Of a DNA stretch of 64,000 bases, positions 24,711 to 38,389 are shown one piece after another. Every line of letters begins with the position of its first letter. Position 1 is the first letter of the stretch. The DNA comes from the human T2T-CHM13v2.0 reference genome, Homo sapiens, in NCBI RefSeq assembly GCF_009914755.1, contig NC_060940.1. One strand, 5' to 3'. The position numbers were made by a program, and so were the translations under genes. The notes beneath the pieces were generated by a model. That model searched no databases. It saw nothing but the letters and a program-made list of their open reading frames with translations, and was not told the origin of the DNA.

Positions 24711-25260
24711 TGTTAAATAATTCTATCAGAATCTTTTCAGGTAGGCTTGCTCCACTAATGTGTGTGAATGTGCATGTGTTTTGATTCCCTAGATTAATGA
24801 AGGTGCAGCTCAAATTAGGAGCAACAAATTCAGCTGAGGCCAATTTAGCAATAAATACTAATGTCAAAATATTCTGGCACTTGTGCTTCAGCATGTAAAC
24901 CCTAGAGAACCCCTTCACATAATGGACACAGACACTGGTAGGGATGTTCACTGCATAACTGTTTGTAGTAGTGCAAACTGGTATCTTTGTAAAACTAGAT
25001 CTGTATGTACTGACCTTGTTTCCACACCTTTATATGGAATTGAAAGTATTGTATAATGGAACAGAATTCAAAAGGATAAGATAAACAAGTAATATTTTTC
25101 AAGGCTGGGCATGGTGGCTTACACCTGTAATCCCAGCACTTTGGGAGGCTGAGATGGGCGGATCATGAGGTCAGGAGTTTGAGACCAGCCTGACCAACAT
25201 GGTGAAACCCCGTCTCTACTAAAAATACAAAAATTAGCCAGGCATGGTGGCACACGCCTA

Positions 25261-25456
<196 letters not shown>

Positions 25457-25487
25457 CTAAAATCACTCTATCTCGGATGCTAACCCA

Positions 25488-26194
<707 letters not shown>

Positions 26195-26216
26195 CTACTG
26201 CTGCCACAAGTCTGTC

Positions 26217-26813
26217 TCAGTGTGTCCCTTTGAGAGGGTCCCATTCAGCAAGCAGAGCCTGGCAGATCTCGTCCCACCTTTGCAAAATGTTCGATATGTC
26301 AAACTGACCCAGATTTAGAGGTTGTTGCTCCCTGTGCTCAGGTTCAGGCTGAGAATGGCTCTTGACCTGTGGTACTCCCGAGCCAGAGTGTTCTTTGTGA
26401 TTTTGGTGTTCTTCTTGGTATTGGAGCCAGAAGGGAGTCGGAGTATCTAAGTCCTTTGTCAGAATTGGCAGTGTCAGGAGGTGATTCGGAATTATCAGAG
26501 GCTGATCAGACTTCTCTCCTTCCTGCACAGCCTGTGTGGGCTGCATGATCATGACATTTGGTCCTTGGCTCACATGGAACCTGAAGGGATCCCAAGGAGC
26601 CTGGGTTGAAGGAAGAACAGGTGGAAGAGTTTCATGCCCGCTGGAAGAATGTGAGCAAGAAAAATAATGAGAGCTGTCTGTGGGGAGGAACAGGTTGATT
26701 GGATGCCACCCAACAGTTGCATCTGGTCTCTCATTTGGGTCGTCTACCAATAAATTCATGGGCTCCATTCTGCTCTTCTTGAGGTACAGAGATCTTTGTT
26801 TCTGAAACCACAT
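26217..26813 (-). CDS. DUXB: DUXB exon 5 (MWFQKQR to stop)
   Basis: atttag|ATGTGGTTTCAG; 198-aa ORF in the supplied track, ending TGA. Confidence 0.95.
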
Positions 26814-29800
26814 CTAAATGAGAAAAAGGGCAACATGACATCATAAGACATAAGCAATTGTAACTCTGCATCAGATACTCTATAAAACAAAGGAGCTATT
26901 AACCTAAGGACAAATCACAGGGTGATTTTATAGAGTTGGCTCTCTGAATCCATGGGTTCCATCTGTATACCCTGATTCAAACAACCATGGATTGAAAATA
27001 TTTAGAAGAAAACCCAATAAAAAAACAATGCAACAATAAAAATAATACAAAGAAAAATACAGTTTAACAACTATTCACATAGCATTTACATTGTATTAGG
27101 TAGTACAAGTAATTTAGAGAGGTTTTAAAATACATGAGATGTGCACAGGTTATATTCAAATGCTACATCATTTTATATCAGGAACTTGAGCATCCTTGGA
27201 GTTTGGTATTCAGGAGAAGGTCCTGGAACCAATCCCTCATGGATACTGAGGGATGACTGTATATGAAATCATGTATGTACATATGTTTGTTATTATTTAT
27301 TTTATTACTTTTGTTTTTCTTTTTTATGTGAGTTTGAGAAAAAGAAATCTTATACATTTTGTATGTGAAATTAACTCCAGTCCATGTGTTCATGTGTGTA
27401 TATATGTGTGTGTAATGTGTATGTTTGTATATATACATAAACACACAAATACATACATTGAGGTTATAACACAGTTAGCAATTAAGTATAGGTGAGTTGA
27501 ATCTCTGACTGGAAAGGAACGTGTTCTCGAATTCTCCCTCTAACTGCAACAATGGATCAGCAAAAAAGATCTCTTGACCAGGCTGACATTTTTTTCCTCT
27601 TCACGGATGTGTGCATAAGAATTCGTAGTTTGTGTACATGTGTATTCATCTGATTAATGACTAACAAACACAAATAAATGTATTTGAGAGTTTGTGTCAT
27701 AAGCCCATGCATGGCTGTGCCTCCTCAGTCATGAGCACTTAACATACGCTAAATCACTATCCCCATAACTTAGGTAAAAGAAAATACTCCTTGGGGGCCA
27801 ATTTTGTCCCTCAGTGGGAGAACATTTGACTATGTCTGTGATTTATTTGGTTGTCACAAATAGGGGGGAGAGAATGTGGGCAGTTGCTTTACTGGTATCT
27901 AGATGGTAGAGGCCAGGAATGCTGACCAATATCCTACCATGCACAGGGTGGCCCCTCACAAGAAAGAATTATCTGAGCCAAAATGACAACACTCCCAAGG
28001 TTGTAGAAAATCTAACAATGTTCTCAAAATGGGTAGTTTCTGCTAGTGATTCCAAATCCGTGCACAGCAATTTGATTTGAAAATTCTTCCTTGACAAAAA
28101 CGGGACTTTCAGTGCCAGGCGTTTACCATCCCCCGTTTCCGCCCTTGATGACTTTGATAACCCAAGTCAGCTGTAAGTTTTTCAATAACACCTCCAGGGG
28201 GCAGTATCACAGGCAGGACATAGTTGGGATCACACACATAGAACTTACTTGAATTCTTGATTCCTGCAGGCCTGTTTGTTCAGCCAGTTTTTTTCTGGTA
28301 GCAATATCAGGGAATGGGTTCCTCTCAAAGGCTTGCACTAGCCTGTTTTTTTGAGTCCATGTGATGAATGTCTGTTTTTGTCGGGCTTCTTTAGGTAAGT
28401 ATTCTAAAGGAGAACACAGAAGCTGTTAGGGGAATTTTCATATTCAAACCAGAAAAACAAACCCATGAAGATAATGCTGGCCATATTTGTTCTCTCTGAA
28501 TCCCCGAGGTGGCAGAAGAGGTCATTGCTCTGCAGCAGGACCAAAAAGCCCAGAGCTAGGCTGGGCCCAGTGGCTTACGCCTGTAGTCCCAGCACTTCGG
28601 GAGGCCAAGGTAAGTGGATCACTTGAGGTTGGGAGTTCGAGGCCAGCCTGGCCAACTGGTGAAACCCCGTTTCTACTAAAAATACAAAAAATTAGCTGGG
28701 CGTGGTTGTGCACCTCTGTAGTTCCAGCTACTTGGGAGGCTGAGGCAGAAGAATCACTTGAATCAGGAGGCAGAGGTTGCAGTGAGCTGAGATCAGACCA
28801 CTGCACTTCAGGCAACAGAGTGAGACTCCATCTCAAAACAAAATACAAAAATAAAAAATAAAAAAATAAAAAGCCCCGAGCTTGCTTGTTAAGAACCTGA
28901 CTGTCTCATTCAATTGTGGGAGGCCGCTCTGCCTATGGAGTAGCCATTCTTTTGTTTATTTACTTCTATAACAAACTTACTTTCACCTAAAAAAAATGTA
29001 GGATAATGTTTCTATCTCTGGTCACCAGGATGCCAGAACCAGCTATCCCTGGCTTCTGAGCTAAGAGATGTTGATGCAGAATTTGGGCACAACGTACTCT
29101 CAATGGGACCCATTGAGCATTCTTACCTTGAGTCAGATGCTGGGACTGGTCATGCCCCTGGGTTTGATCTTTTTCTGAGAAGCACTTATAATCCAGTTTT
29201 CTCTGTTTTACTCTGTAATTTTTAAACCAAACCTAAGTAGGAGAAGAAGATGTGATAGTCATACAACTCAGTGTATGTCAATATTGCCAAATATCAATTC
29301 AATTGAACAAAACTGATTTGACTGCCTGTGGCTGGAATAATGCCCACAAGAGAAAGGCAATCCATTATCCTAGGAATGATGCTGCTATTGGCATATGATT
29401 CAGGACCACACACGCATCTCCCTTCAAATCAAAGGAGCTTTTCTTTCATGGTCATTTTTTGTGGCATCCAGAGTAAATTTGTTTGATTTAGGAGACCCTA
29501 TGAGGTCTCTCAAAGGATCGCTCTCTGTCTCTCTCTTTCCCTCCCTCCTAGCAGGACTTCGGTTTCTGAATATCTTTTCTTGATCCTCAACACTTCTTCA
29601 TAGGAAATATCAGGTTTCATAACATGCAATACATATGGAATTAATTGCACAAAAATTTCTTTAAATAGGAGAGCAGAATTAGCCACAGTAAAGAGTTGGA
29701 CTAACACTTATCAGTATTTCCTCTTAGTCATTTTTGTCCCGGGGTTAACAATAGATGAGGAGACTCCTAGCAAGCCACACACCTCATTTTGTCACCGTTG

Positions 29801-32800
29801 TCCCTAACAAAACCAATTGAACTCTTTGCTTGTTTCCTCATTACTAGAGTCAGAATTGCAATATATTTTCTAATGATTTCTAAGTGTTATTATTTTGATA
29901 ATTAGATCATTCTTAAGAACATTTAGCATCTTAATGACAACGAATATCCAATAAACCACTCTTATATCATAGGCATTGTGCTAAAGCTGGCGTCCTCAAC
30001 CCCCGGGCCACAGGCAGTCCATGGCCTGTTAGGAACTGGGCTGCACAGCAGGAGGTGAGTGGAGGGCCAGTGAGCATTACCTGCCTAAGCTTCGCCTCCT
30101 GTCAGATCAGCTGCTGTGTTAGATTGTCATAGGAGCACAAACCCTACTGTGAACTGTGCAGTTGAGGGATCCAGGTTGTGAGCTCTTTATGAGAATCTAA
30201 CTAATAGCTAATGCCTGATGACCGGTGGTGGAATAGTTTCATCCCAAAACCATTACCCACCCCCTCTTGTCTGTGGAAATATTGTCTTCCACAAAACTGG
30301 TCTCTGGTACCAAAAAAATTGGAGACCGCTATGCTAAAAGGTTATATCTCTTCTCTAAATTAATGAATCAGAATAGTTTTAGTTAAGAAATCTTAAGTAC
30401 AGATGGAAACTGGAAACAAGTGAAAAAAGTATAAACACTATGGCAGAGGTAACCTCCAGCTACGTCATTTCCTGAACTTGTCATTTTCACCATGATTCCA
30501 AGTGGGACTGGTACCTCTCTCAAAGCCAATTACCAGTATTCCCATAGAATGTACTTTTGTTACTGGGACTTGAGTAATCCTTGCCTCTCACATCCAGTAT
30601 AGATACATGAAGAGACAAGTAAAATTTCTTCTCTCCTATATCCTCTCAGACTGAGATCCTTATAGCCAATGGCTTGTTGGAGACTATACATATGATGCAA
30701 AACCCAGAACTCATTATTTTCCTCTAAAAACACATTTTCACTTGGTCTTCATTGGTTTAATTACTATTTTCTCTGATAGAATTATATTCTTTACAGGTAT
30801 CTCTTTTTCTTTCTTTATTTGAGACAAAGTCTTGCTATGTTGTCCAGGTTGGAGTGCAGTGGCTATTCACAGGCATGATCCCACTACTGGTCAGCATGAG
30901 AGTTTTGATCTGCTTTGTTTCTGACCTGAGCTGGCTCACTCCTCCTTAGGCACCCTGGCGGTCCCCAGCTCTTGGGATGTCACCGTATTGATGCCAAACT
31001 TACTGCAGGCACTCAATCCACACAACACAGGCACAGTATAGCACAGAATGCCTGGGCTCAAACGATTCTCCTGCCTCAACCTCCTAAGTAGCTGGGAGTA
31101 CAGGTGCACACCACCATGAGAAGGAATCACAGATAACTTCTTTTTTTTGGTAGACATGGTCTCGCTCTGTCTGCCAGGCTGAAGTGCAGTGGTGCAATCA
31201 CGGCTTACTGCAGCCTTGACCTCCTGGGCTCAAATGATCCTTCCACCTAAGCCCCTGAGTAGCTGGGACTGCAGGTGTGGAACAACAAACCCAGCAAATT
31301 AAAATACATTTTTTTGGAGAGATGGGGTTTTACTGTGTTGTCCAGGCTGATCTTGAACTCCTGGCCTCAAGTGATCTTCCACTCTCAGCCTCTGAAAATG
31401 TTGGGATTACAGGTGTGGGTCACCCTACCCAGTCCAGGTATCTTTCTGATAACTGGAGAGATTTAACTTAAGTTTCATTTTATGTCAGTTATTCTATTTA
31501 AAATAATTCAGTATGGAATTTTATTTCAAACACTATGTGTATGAATCACATTTGAGACATTAAATTAAGAAATAGCCTGAGACTTCGGAATGCACATGCA
31601 TTCTTACCCCAGTTTCCTTGTAATTACATATTAATAATCGATCTGAATATTCTAATACTAAAATATAGGACATAATTATCATGGTGATTTCATTTCCTAT
31701 ATTCTCTAAATCTCAAAATATGACTTAATTACCTATTGGGAGAGACTGAGCCAGTATATTCTCCTTCCCCATTAGTGAATACAAATGATATTTCCACCTT
31801 TGGTAAAATACATAAACCGCATCCTTGTTTTTATTTGTTTTCTTTTCTTTTCTTTTTTTTTTTTTTGAGACGGAGTCTCGCTTTGTCTTCCATCCTGGAA
31901 TGCAGTGGTGTGATCTCTGCTCACTGCAAGCTCCCCTCCCGGGTTCACGCCATTCTCCTGCCTCAGCCTCCAGAGTAGCTGGGACTACAGGCGACTGCCA
32001 CCACGCCCGGCTAATTTTTTTTTGTATTTTTAGTAGAGAGAGGGTTTCACCATGTTAGCCAGGATGGTCTCCATCTCCTGACCTCGTCATCCGCCTGCCT
32101 TGGCCTCCCAAAGTGCTGGGATTACAGGCGTGAGCCACCGCGCCCAGCCTTTTTATTTGTTTTCTAATTTTGTAGAACAGGAAAACGTTTCTTAGCAAAA
32201 TACCTGATATAACCTGATATAAGAGAATTGGCAAAAGCGCTGGGCCTAGTCTTTCTCTTTACCATGGTTCTGACAGGTAATGAAGTAGAAATCTAATGCC
32301 TACCTGAATATTAGATTCTGGAACCCCAATTTCTTTGGCCAGTTGTTCTCTGGCAGCTTTATCAGGGAAAGGGTCATGTTGAAACCATGATTGGAGGATA
32401 TCCTTTTGACTCTGGTTATACTGAATTCTGTTTCTCCAGAATTCTTTTTGAAGTATGCCTGATGAACAGAAAAGGGGGAGAATAGTGTGAATAATATATT
32501 TATGGGTTTAAATCTGTACTTTGATTAAATTAATTTATTTTGAGACAGAGTCTCACTCTGTCGCCCAGATTGGAGTGCAGTGATGCAGTTTCGGGTCAAT
32601 GCGACCTCCGCTCCTGGGTTCAAGCGATTCTTAAGCCTCAGCCTCCGGAATAGCTGGGACTACAGGTATGCACCACTGTGCCTGGCTATTTTTTTTTCTT
32701 TGTAGAGATGAGGTCTCATTATCTTGCCCAGGCTGGCCTCGAACTCCTGGGTTCAATTGATCCTCCTGTCCTGGCCTCCCCATTTTGTTAATTATTATTA

Positions 32801-33707
32801 TTATTATTATTGTTACTATTTTTTGAGATGGAGTCTCGATCTGTTGCCTAGGCTGGAGTGCAGTGGTACCATGTCAGCTCACTGCAAGCTCTGCCTCCCG
32901 GGTTCACGCCATTCTCCCCGGTCAGCCTCCTAAGTAGCTGGGGTGCCACCACACCTGGCTAATTTTTTGTATTTTTTAGTAGAGACAGGGTTTCACCGTG
33001 TTAGCCAGGATGGTCTCGATCTCCTGACCTCGTGATCTGCCCACCTCGGCCTCCCAAAGTGCTGGGATTACAGGAGTGAGCCACCGCACCCGTACTGTTA
33101 ATTATTACTCTGTATTTTTACTTTAGGCATAGAGCTAAAGTCATGCTAAATTGGGTATATAAACATTTAAATATATATATTAGAAAACGATAATCAATGA
33201 CCTAAGTTTCCAAAGAGAGAACTTACGGAAAATGTACAAAATTACCAAAAGAGGAAGCAGTAGGGAGGAGGAAAATTAACAAAAATCAATGAAAAAAGTG
33301 AAACTCATGGAACAATTGAACAGGTGAAATAAGACACACAGGAACTGGTACTTCTAATGACAAAGAATATATCTCAGTAAAATTCAGTAGGCTGCATTAG
33401 ACAGTTCATACATTCTCCCCTCCACATAAACTGTCAACTTTAAAACTTTAGGTAGATGACCCTTGTATGGGACTCATGGCTGCCATCTTACATTTCAAAT
33501 TCAAGAGTCCAACTTCAAAGCACCCATGGCTGTTCTGACACAATTTATCAGCGAAAAACAGCTGCTGCTCTACCAGTCTGTACCTCTAATCATGTTTGTG
33601 CTATAAACTTTGACAAACTCTGAAAAATAAGCAAGACATGCAGCAATCCCAAAGAACAGAGAAAAGGCTGATGGGAACTTACCACCTGAAGTGCCCTCCA
33701 AATTCAT
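26217..33707 (-). CDS. DUXB: Double homeobox B, spliced CDS join(33683-33707,32304-32458,29127-29232,28249-28403,26217-26813), 345 aa
   Basis: Five exons with GT-AG boundaries sum to 1038 nt in frame: [67 protein letters not shown]...[59 protein letters not shown]...DPLKGTH*. Two PRD-class homeodomains. Confidence 0.95.
26932..27260 (+). mobile_element. MER2 DNA-transposon fossil in DUXB intron 4 (related copies at about 845-1200 and 49680-50112)
   Basis: agttggctctctgaatccatgggttcc...ggatactgagggatgactgta terminal inverted repeats. Confidence 0.75.
27790..28008 (+). mobile_element. MER20 hAT fossil
   Basis: ggtagaggccaggaatgctg...atgcacagg...aaagaattatctgagccaaaatg resembles MER20. Confidence 0.7.
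28249..28403 (-). CDS. DUXB: DUXB exon 4, homeodomain 2 up to helix 3
   Basis: ctttag|AATACTTA...AGAATTCAA|gtaagt; 155 nt. Confidence 0.93.
29127..29232 (-). CDS. DUXB: DUXB exon 3 (VWFKNYR plus linker)
   Basis: acttag|GTTTGGTTTAAAAAT...ACTCAAG|gtaaga; 106 nt. Confidence 0.93.
29987..30330 (+). mobile_element. MER1B hAT MITE
   Basis: gtcctcaacccccgggccac...ggcctgttaggaac...aaaaattggagaccgct; 8-bp TSD gtgctaaa/atgctaaa. Confidence 0.85.
30822..31118 (-). pseudogene. 7SL (SRP) RNA pseudogene in DUXB intron 2
   Basis: Alu-like ends plus the 7SL-specific S domain (gtggctattcacaggcatgatcccactactggtcagc...ctccttaggcaccctgg...tattgatgccaaactta); about 300 bp, diverged. Confidence 0.88.
32304..32458 (-). 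CDS. DUXB: DUXB exon 2, homeodomain 1 up to helix 3
   Basis: catcag|GCATACTT...AATATTCAG|gtaggc; 155 nt, open. Confidence 0.93.
32535..32781 (-). mobile_element. Alu in DUXB intron 1 at the start of duplication block B
   Basis: Antisense old Alu with the private variant gggttcaattgatcc, shared with about 58115. Confidence 0.88.
33683..33707 (-). CDS. DUXB: DUXB coding exon 1 (MNLEGTSG+G)
   Basis: Minus strand aagATGAATTTGGAGGGCACTTCAGGTG|gtaagt; phase 1 matches exon 2; TATA box about 70 bp upstream. Confidence 0.9.
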
Positions 33708-33769
33708 CTTGGGCAGAAGACCTGGACTCTACGGAGATCAGCGAGTAACTGAGCAGCTCCCAAAGACAC

Positions 33770-33885
33770 AGGCTTTATATAGGGTCAAGGTGACCCGCCC
33801 CTTTCTTAAATAGCTTTCAATTTAATCCCCTCATTAAATATTTAACACCTGTAGAAAGAAACTTGAAGTAATTAGATTAAGTGGA
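33770..33885 (-). promoter_or_regulatory. DUXB core promoter: TATA box, GGTCAnnnTGACC palindrome, GC box, TAATCC, TAATCTAATTA
   Basis: TATAAA 33779-33774; GGTCAAGGTGACC 33783-33795; CCCGCCCC about 33794-33801; TAATCC 33823-33828; TAATTAGATTA 33869-33879. All are conserved in the CPHXL copy. Confidence 0.7.
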
Positions 33886-34057
33886 AGTACAGATTCTACG
33901 TGGTGATTTTGTCTTCTTCATAATACCTTTCTAAATATGACTCTTGTTTAATTATTTCAGTTTGGCCATATTAGTTTCTACATTATAAGAATGTCCTTAC
34001 CTTACTTTGCATTTTTTGTTTTCCTCGGCTCTTCTGAAACTCATGTCTTTTCAGCAT

Positions 34058-34595
34058 TGCGATGGTGCTATCTGTGTGTCAACTTGGCTGCTCTACGCTC
34101 CCTATTTTTTCAATAAAACACGAATCTAAGCATTGCGATGAAGGTATTTTGCAGACGTGATTGGGTTATATAATCAGTTGGCTTTCAGTAAATGAGATTA
34201 TCCTGGATAATCTGGGTGGGTTATTTTCTATCAGTTAAAGGTCAATCAGTTAAAGAGCAAAGCTGAGGTTGCCCTGGAGGGTGGGGGTGGTGGAAATCAC
34301 ATCTTGGGAGGGTGGGGGTGGTGGAAATCACATCTAGCTGGGGGTGGTGACTCAAGCCTGGAATCCCAGCACTTTGGGAGGCTGAGGCAGCAGGATCGCT
34401 TGAGCCCAGGAGTTAAATTTCAGCCTGGGAAACGCAGGAAGACCTTATTTATGTAAAAATTTAAAAAAATTCCGTAAGTGCTCAGCTGCTTCATCTGCTG
34501 TTTTAGGAGTTTCCACCTGCTTTTCTGAAGGGCCTACCCTACAGAATTTATTCCTGCCTACCCAGACCCTACAATTATAGAAGTGAGTTTTGTAT
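34058..34595 (+). mobile_element. MLT2 (ERVL) LTR upstream of DUXB, Alu-interrupted; paralogue at about 59100-59600
   Basis: tgcgatggtgctatctgtgtgtcaacttggct...gaaggtattttgcagacgtgatt...taatcagttg resembles MLT2D. Confidence 0.7.
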
Positions 34596-34940
34596 TGCTG
34601 TGGCCTGAATGTTTATGTAGCCTCAAAATTCATATGTCGAAATCTTCACCACCAAGGTAATGGTATTAGGAGGTGGGGCCTTTGGATAGTGACTAAGTCA
34701 TGAGGGTGGAGTCCTCATGAAGGGGATTAGTGTCTTTATCAAAGAGAGCAGACAGGGAGGGAGAGAGGGAGATCCCTGTGATCCTTCTGCCACGTGAGGT
34801 TAGAGTGAGAAAATGACTGTCTACTAGGAAGTGGGTCCTCACCAGACACCTAACCTGATTGTACTTCCCAGTCTCCAGAACTATGAGAAATAAATTTCTG
34901 TTGTTGATAAGCTAGCCAGTCTATGGTATTTTGTTATAGC
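34596..34940 (+). mobile_element. MaLR LTR (MLT1A/MST-like); paralogue at about 59602-59968
   Basis: tgctgtggcctgaatgtt...ggtattaggaggtggggccttt...ttttgttatagcagcctgaatggactaaggca. Confidence 0.8.
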
Positions 34941-35161
34941 AGCCTGAATGGACTAAGGCATATATATGTCTTCATATATATATATGTACAAGTGTGTATG
35001 TGTATAGATACCTATATATTTATAATATAAACACACACAGGCATACACACATATATTATATATAGTTCACTAGTTAATAGCTGACCTCGGAACACTACTG
35101 ATTGTTTCTCTGATGGAACCCTGAATGATACAGATGTTGATGTGCCCAAAATCATAATTAC

Positions 35162-35593
35162 TGTCATGCGCATCCGTGTGAAGAGACCACCAAGCAGGCT
35201 TTGTGTGAGCAACAAGGCTGTTTATTTCACCTGGGTGCAGGTGGGCTGAGTCTGAAAAGAGAGTGAGCAAAGGGTGGTGGGATTATCGTTAGTTCTTATA
35301 GGTTTTGGGATAGGCGGTGGATTAGGAGAAATGTTTTGTGGGCAGGGGGTGGATCTCACAAAGTACATTCTCAAGGGTGGGGAGAATTACAAAGAACCTT
35401 CTTAAGGATGGGGGAGATTACAAAGTACATTGATCAGTTAGGGTGGGACAGAAACGAATCACAATGGTGGAATGTCATCAGTTAAGGCTATTTTCACTTG
35501 TTTTGTGGATCTTCAGTTGCTTCTGGCCATCTGGATGTATACGTGCAGGTCACAGGGGATATGATGGCTTAGCTTGGGCTCAGAGGCCTGACA
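35162..35593 (-). mobile_element. Solo HERV-H LTR (LTR7 family)
   Basis: Minus strand TGTCAGGCCTCTGAGCCCAAGCTAAGCC...CACACGGATGCGCATGACA; TSD attac/tttac. Confidence 0.93.
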
Positions 35594-35812
35594 TTTACTG
35601 CTTTCTTTTGCATTAAATGAATAGTTTCTAATATAGCATTATTTTTCTTTTTTTAGAGACAGGGACTGGCTCTGTCACTGGAGCCTCAAACTCCAGGGCT
35701 AAAGTGATCCCCCTGCCTTGGCCTCTGAAAGTGCTGGGATTATAGACATTAGCCACTATTTCTGGCCAACATTTTCTTTTTTTTTTTTTTGAGATGAAGT
35801 ATGGCTCTGTGA

Positions 35813-36088
<276 letters not shown>

Positions 36089-36179
36089 TAATGATTTTTT
36101 GCTGTATAGTTTGAGTGTTTAAAAGTGGTTTTGGCCAGGCCAAGGTACAGGGATTAAAGGACTGAGCCACTGTGCCCAG

Positions 36180-37250
<1,071 letters not shown>

Positions 37251-37795
37251 ATTTTACCTTAATTACCTCTTTGAAGGCCCTATCTCCAAACACCCTCACA
37301 TTTGAAGGTACTAGGGGTTTGGACTTCAACATATGAATCGTATGAATGGGGGATTGGGCAGAATTCAGGCCATGACAGCCCTCCAAGGGTTAAATCCTGA
37401 TTTTGACCCCTGAGCTTGAGTCCCTATTTCTGTCTCCTAAGGCTTTAGTGTCCACGTGACCAGGACTGGAACATGCCTTGTTGGATCCGGGACCTCAACC
37501 TTGAGGCTTCCCCTCCCTGGGTTTTTAGGCACTAGAAGTCTGAGGAGGACACAAGTAAAAGGGGCTTTTTGGGGCCTCTGGGCCTTCCTGTGAGCGATTG
37601 TCTTTGTGGAGGAAACTGGGATCTTGCTGCACGCAAGCCTGCGACATGACTCGCTCTTAACTAAGTCCTTGCTTAGCCTGAGTCCCAGGGCCTCAGGAAT
37701 CCTTTGTGCAGTGTCAGGGCCTCCCTGAAACGTGCAGACGCCTTTTCACAGAGGCCCTCAGTGGCTAGGGGATGTGGGCACCTGCTGGCGGGAGC

Positions 37796-38259
37796 TGTCA
37801 CGCACATCCGTGTGAAGAGACCACCAAACAGGCTTTGTGTGAGCAACAAGGCTGTTTATTTCACCTGGGTGCAGGCAGGCTGAGTCCAAAAAGAGAGTCA
37901 GCAAAGGGTGGTGGGATTATCATTAGTTCTTATAGGTTTTGGGATAGGTGGTGGAGTTAGGAGCAATGTTTTGTGGGCAGGGGGTGGATCTCACCAAGTA
38001 CATTCTCAAGGGTGGGGAGAATTACAAAGAACCTTCTTAAGGATGGGGGAGATTACAAAGAACCTTCTTAAGGGTGGGAGAGATTACAAAGTACATTGAT
38101 CAGTTAGGGTGGGGCAGAAACAAATCACAAGGGTGGAATATCATCAGTTAAGGTTATTTTCACTTCTTTTGTGGATCTTCAGTTGCTCCAGGCCATCTGG
38201 AGGTATACTTGCAGGTCACAGGGGATATGATGGCTTAGCTCGGGCTCAGAGGACTGACA
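37796..38259 (-). mobile_element. Second solo HERV-H LTR (LTR7 family)
   Basis: Same consensus with one extra internal repeat unit; TSD ggagc/gaagc. Confidence 0.93.
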
Positions 38260-38389
38260 GAAGCTGGGACACCTGAGCCACCTGGGAGAGGCCCAGGACC
38301 CTAAACAGACAGGCCCCCTGGCCCTCAGCAGCCCCCACTGCCCCAGAAAGTCATGCCCACAAGGAGCCTTGAGGTCACTATGGTCTTTC

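Larger units (their letters stand above)
32670..35145 (+). repeat. Segmental duplication block B, copy 1 (DUXB intron 1, exon 1, promoter; paralogous to about 57720-60140)
   Basis: Collinear from ttcaattgatcc / ttattactctgtatttttactttaggcat through exon 1, MLT2, Alu fragment and MLT1 to gaaccctgaatgata. Confidence 0.93.
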
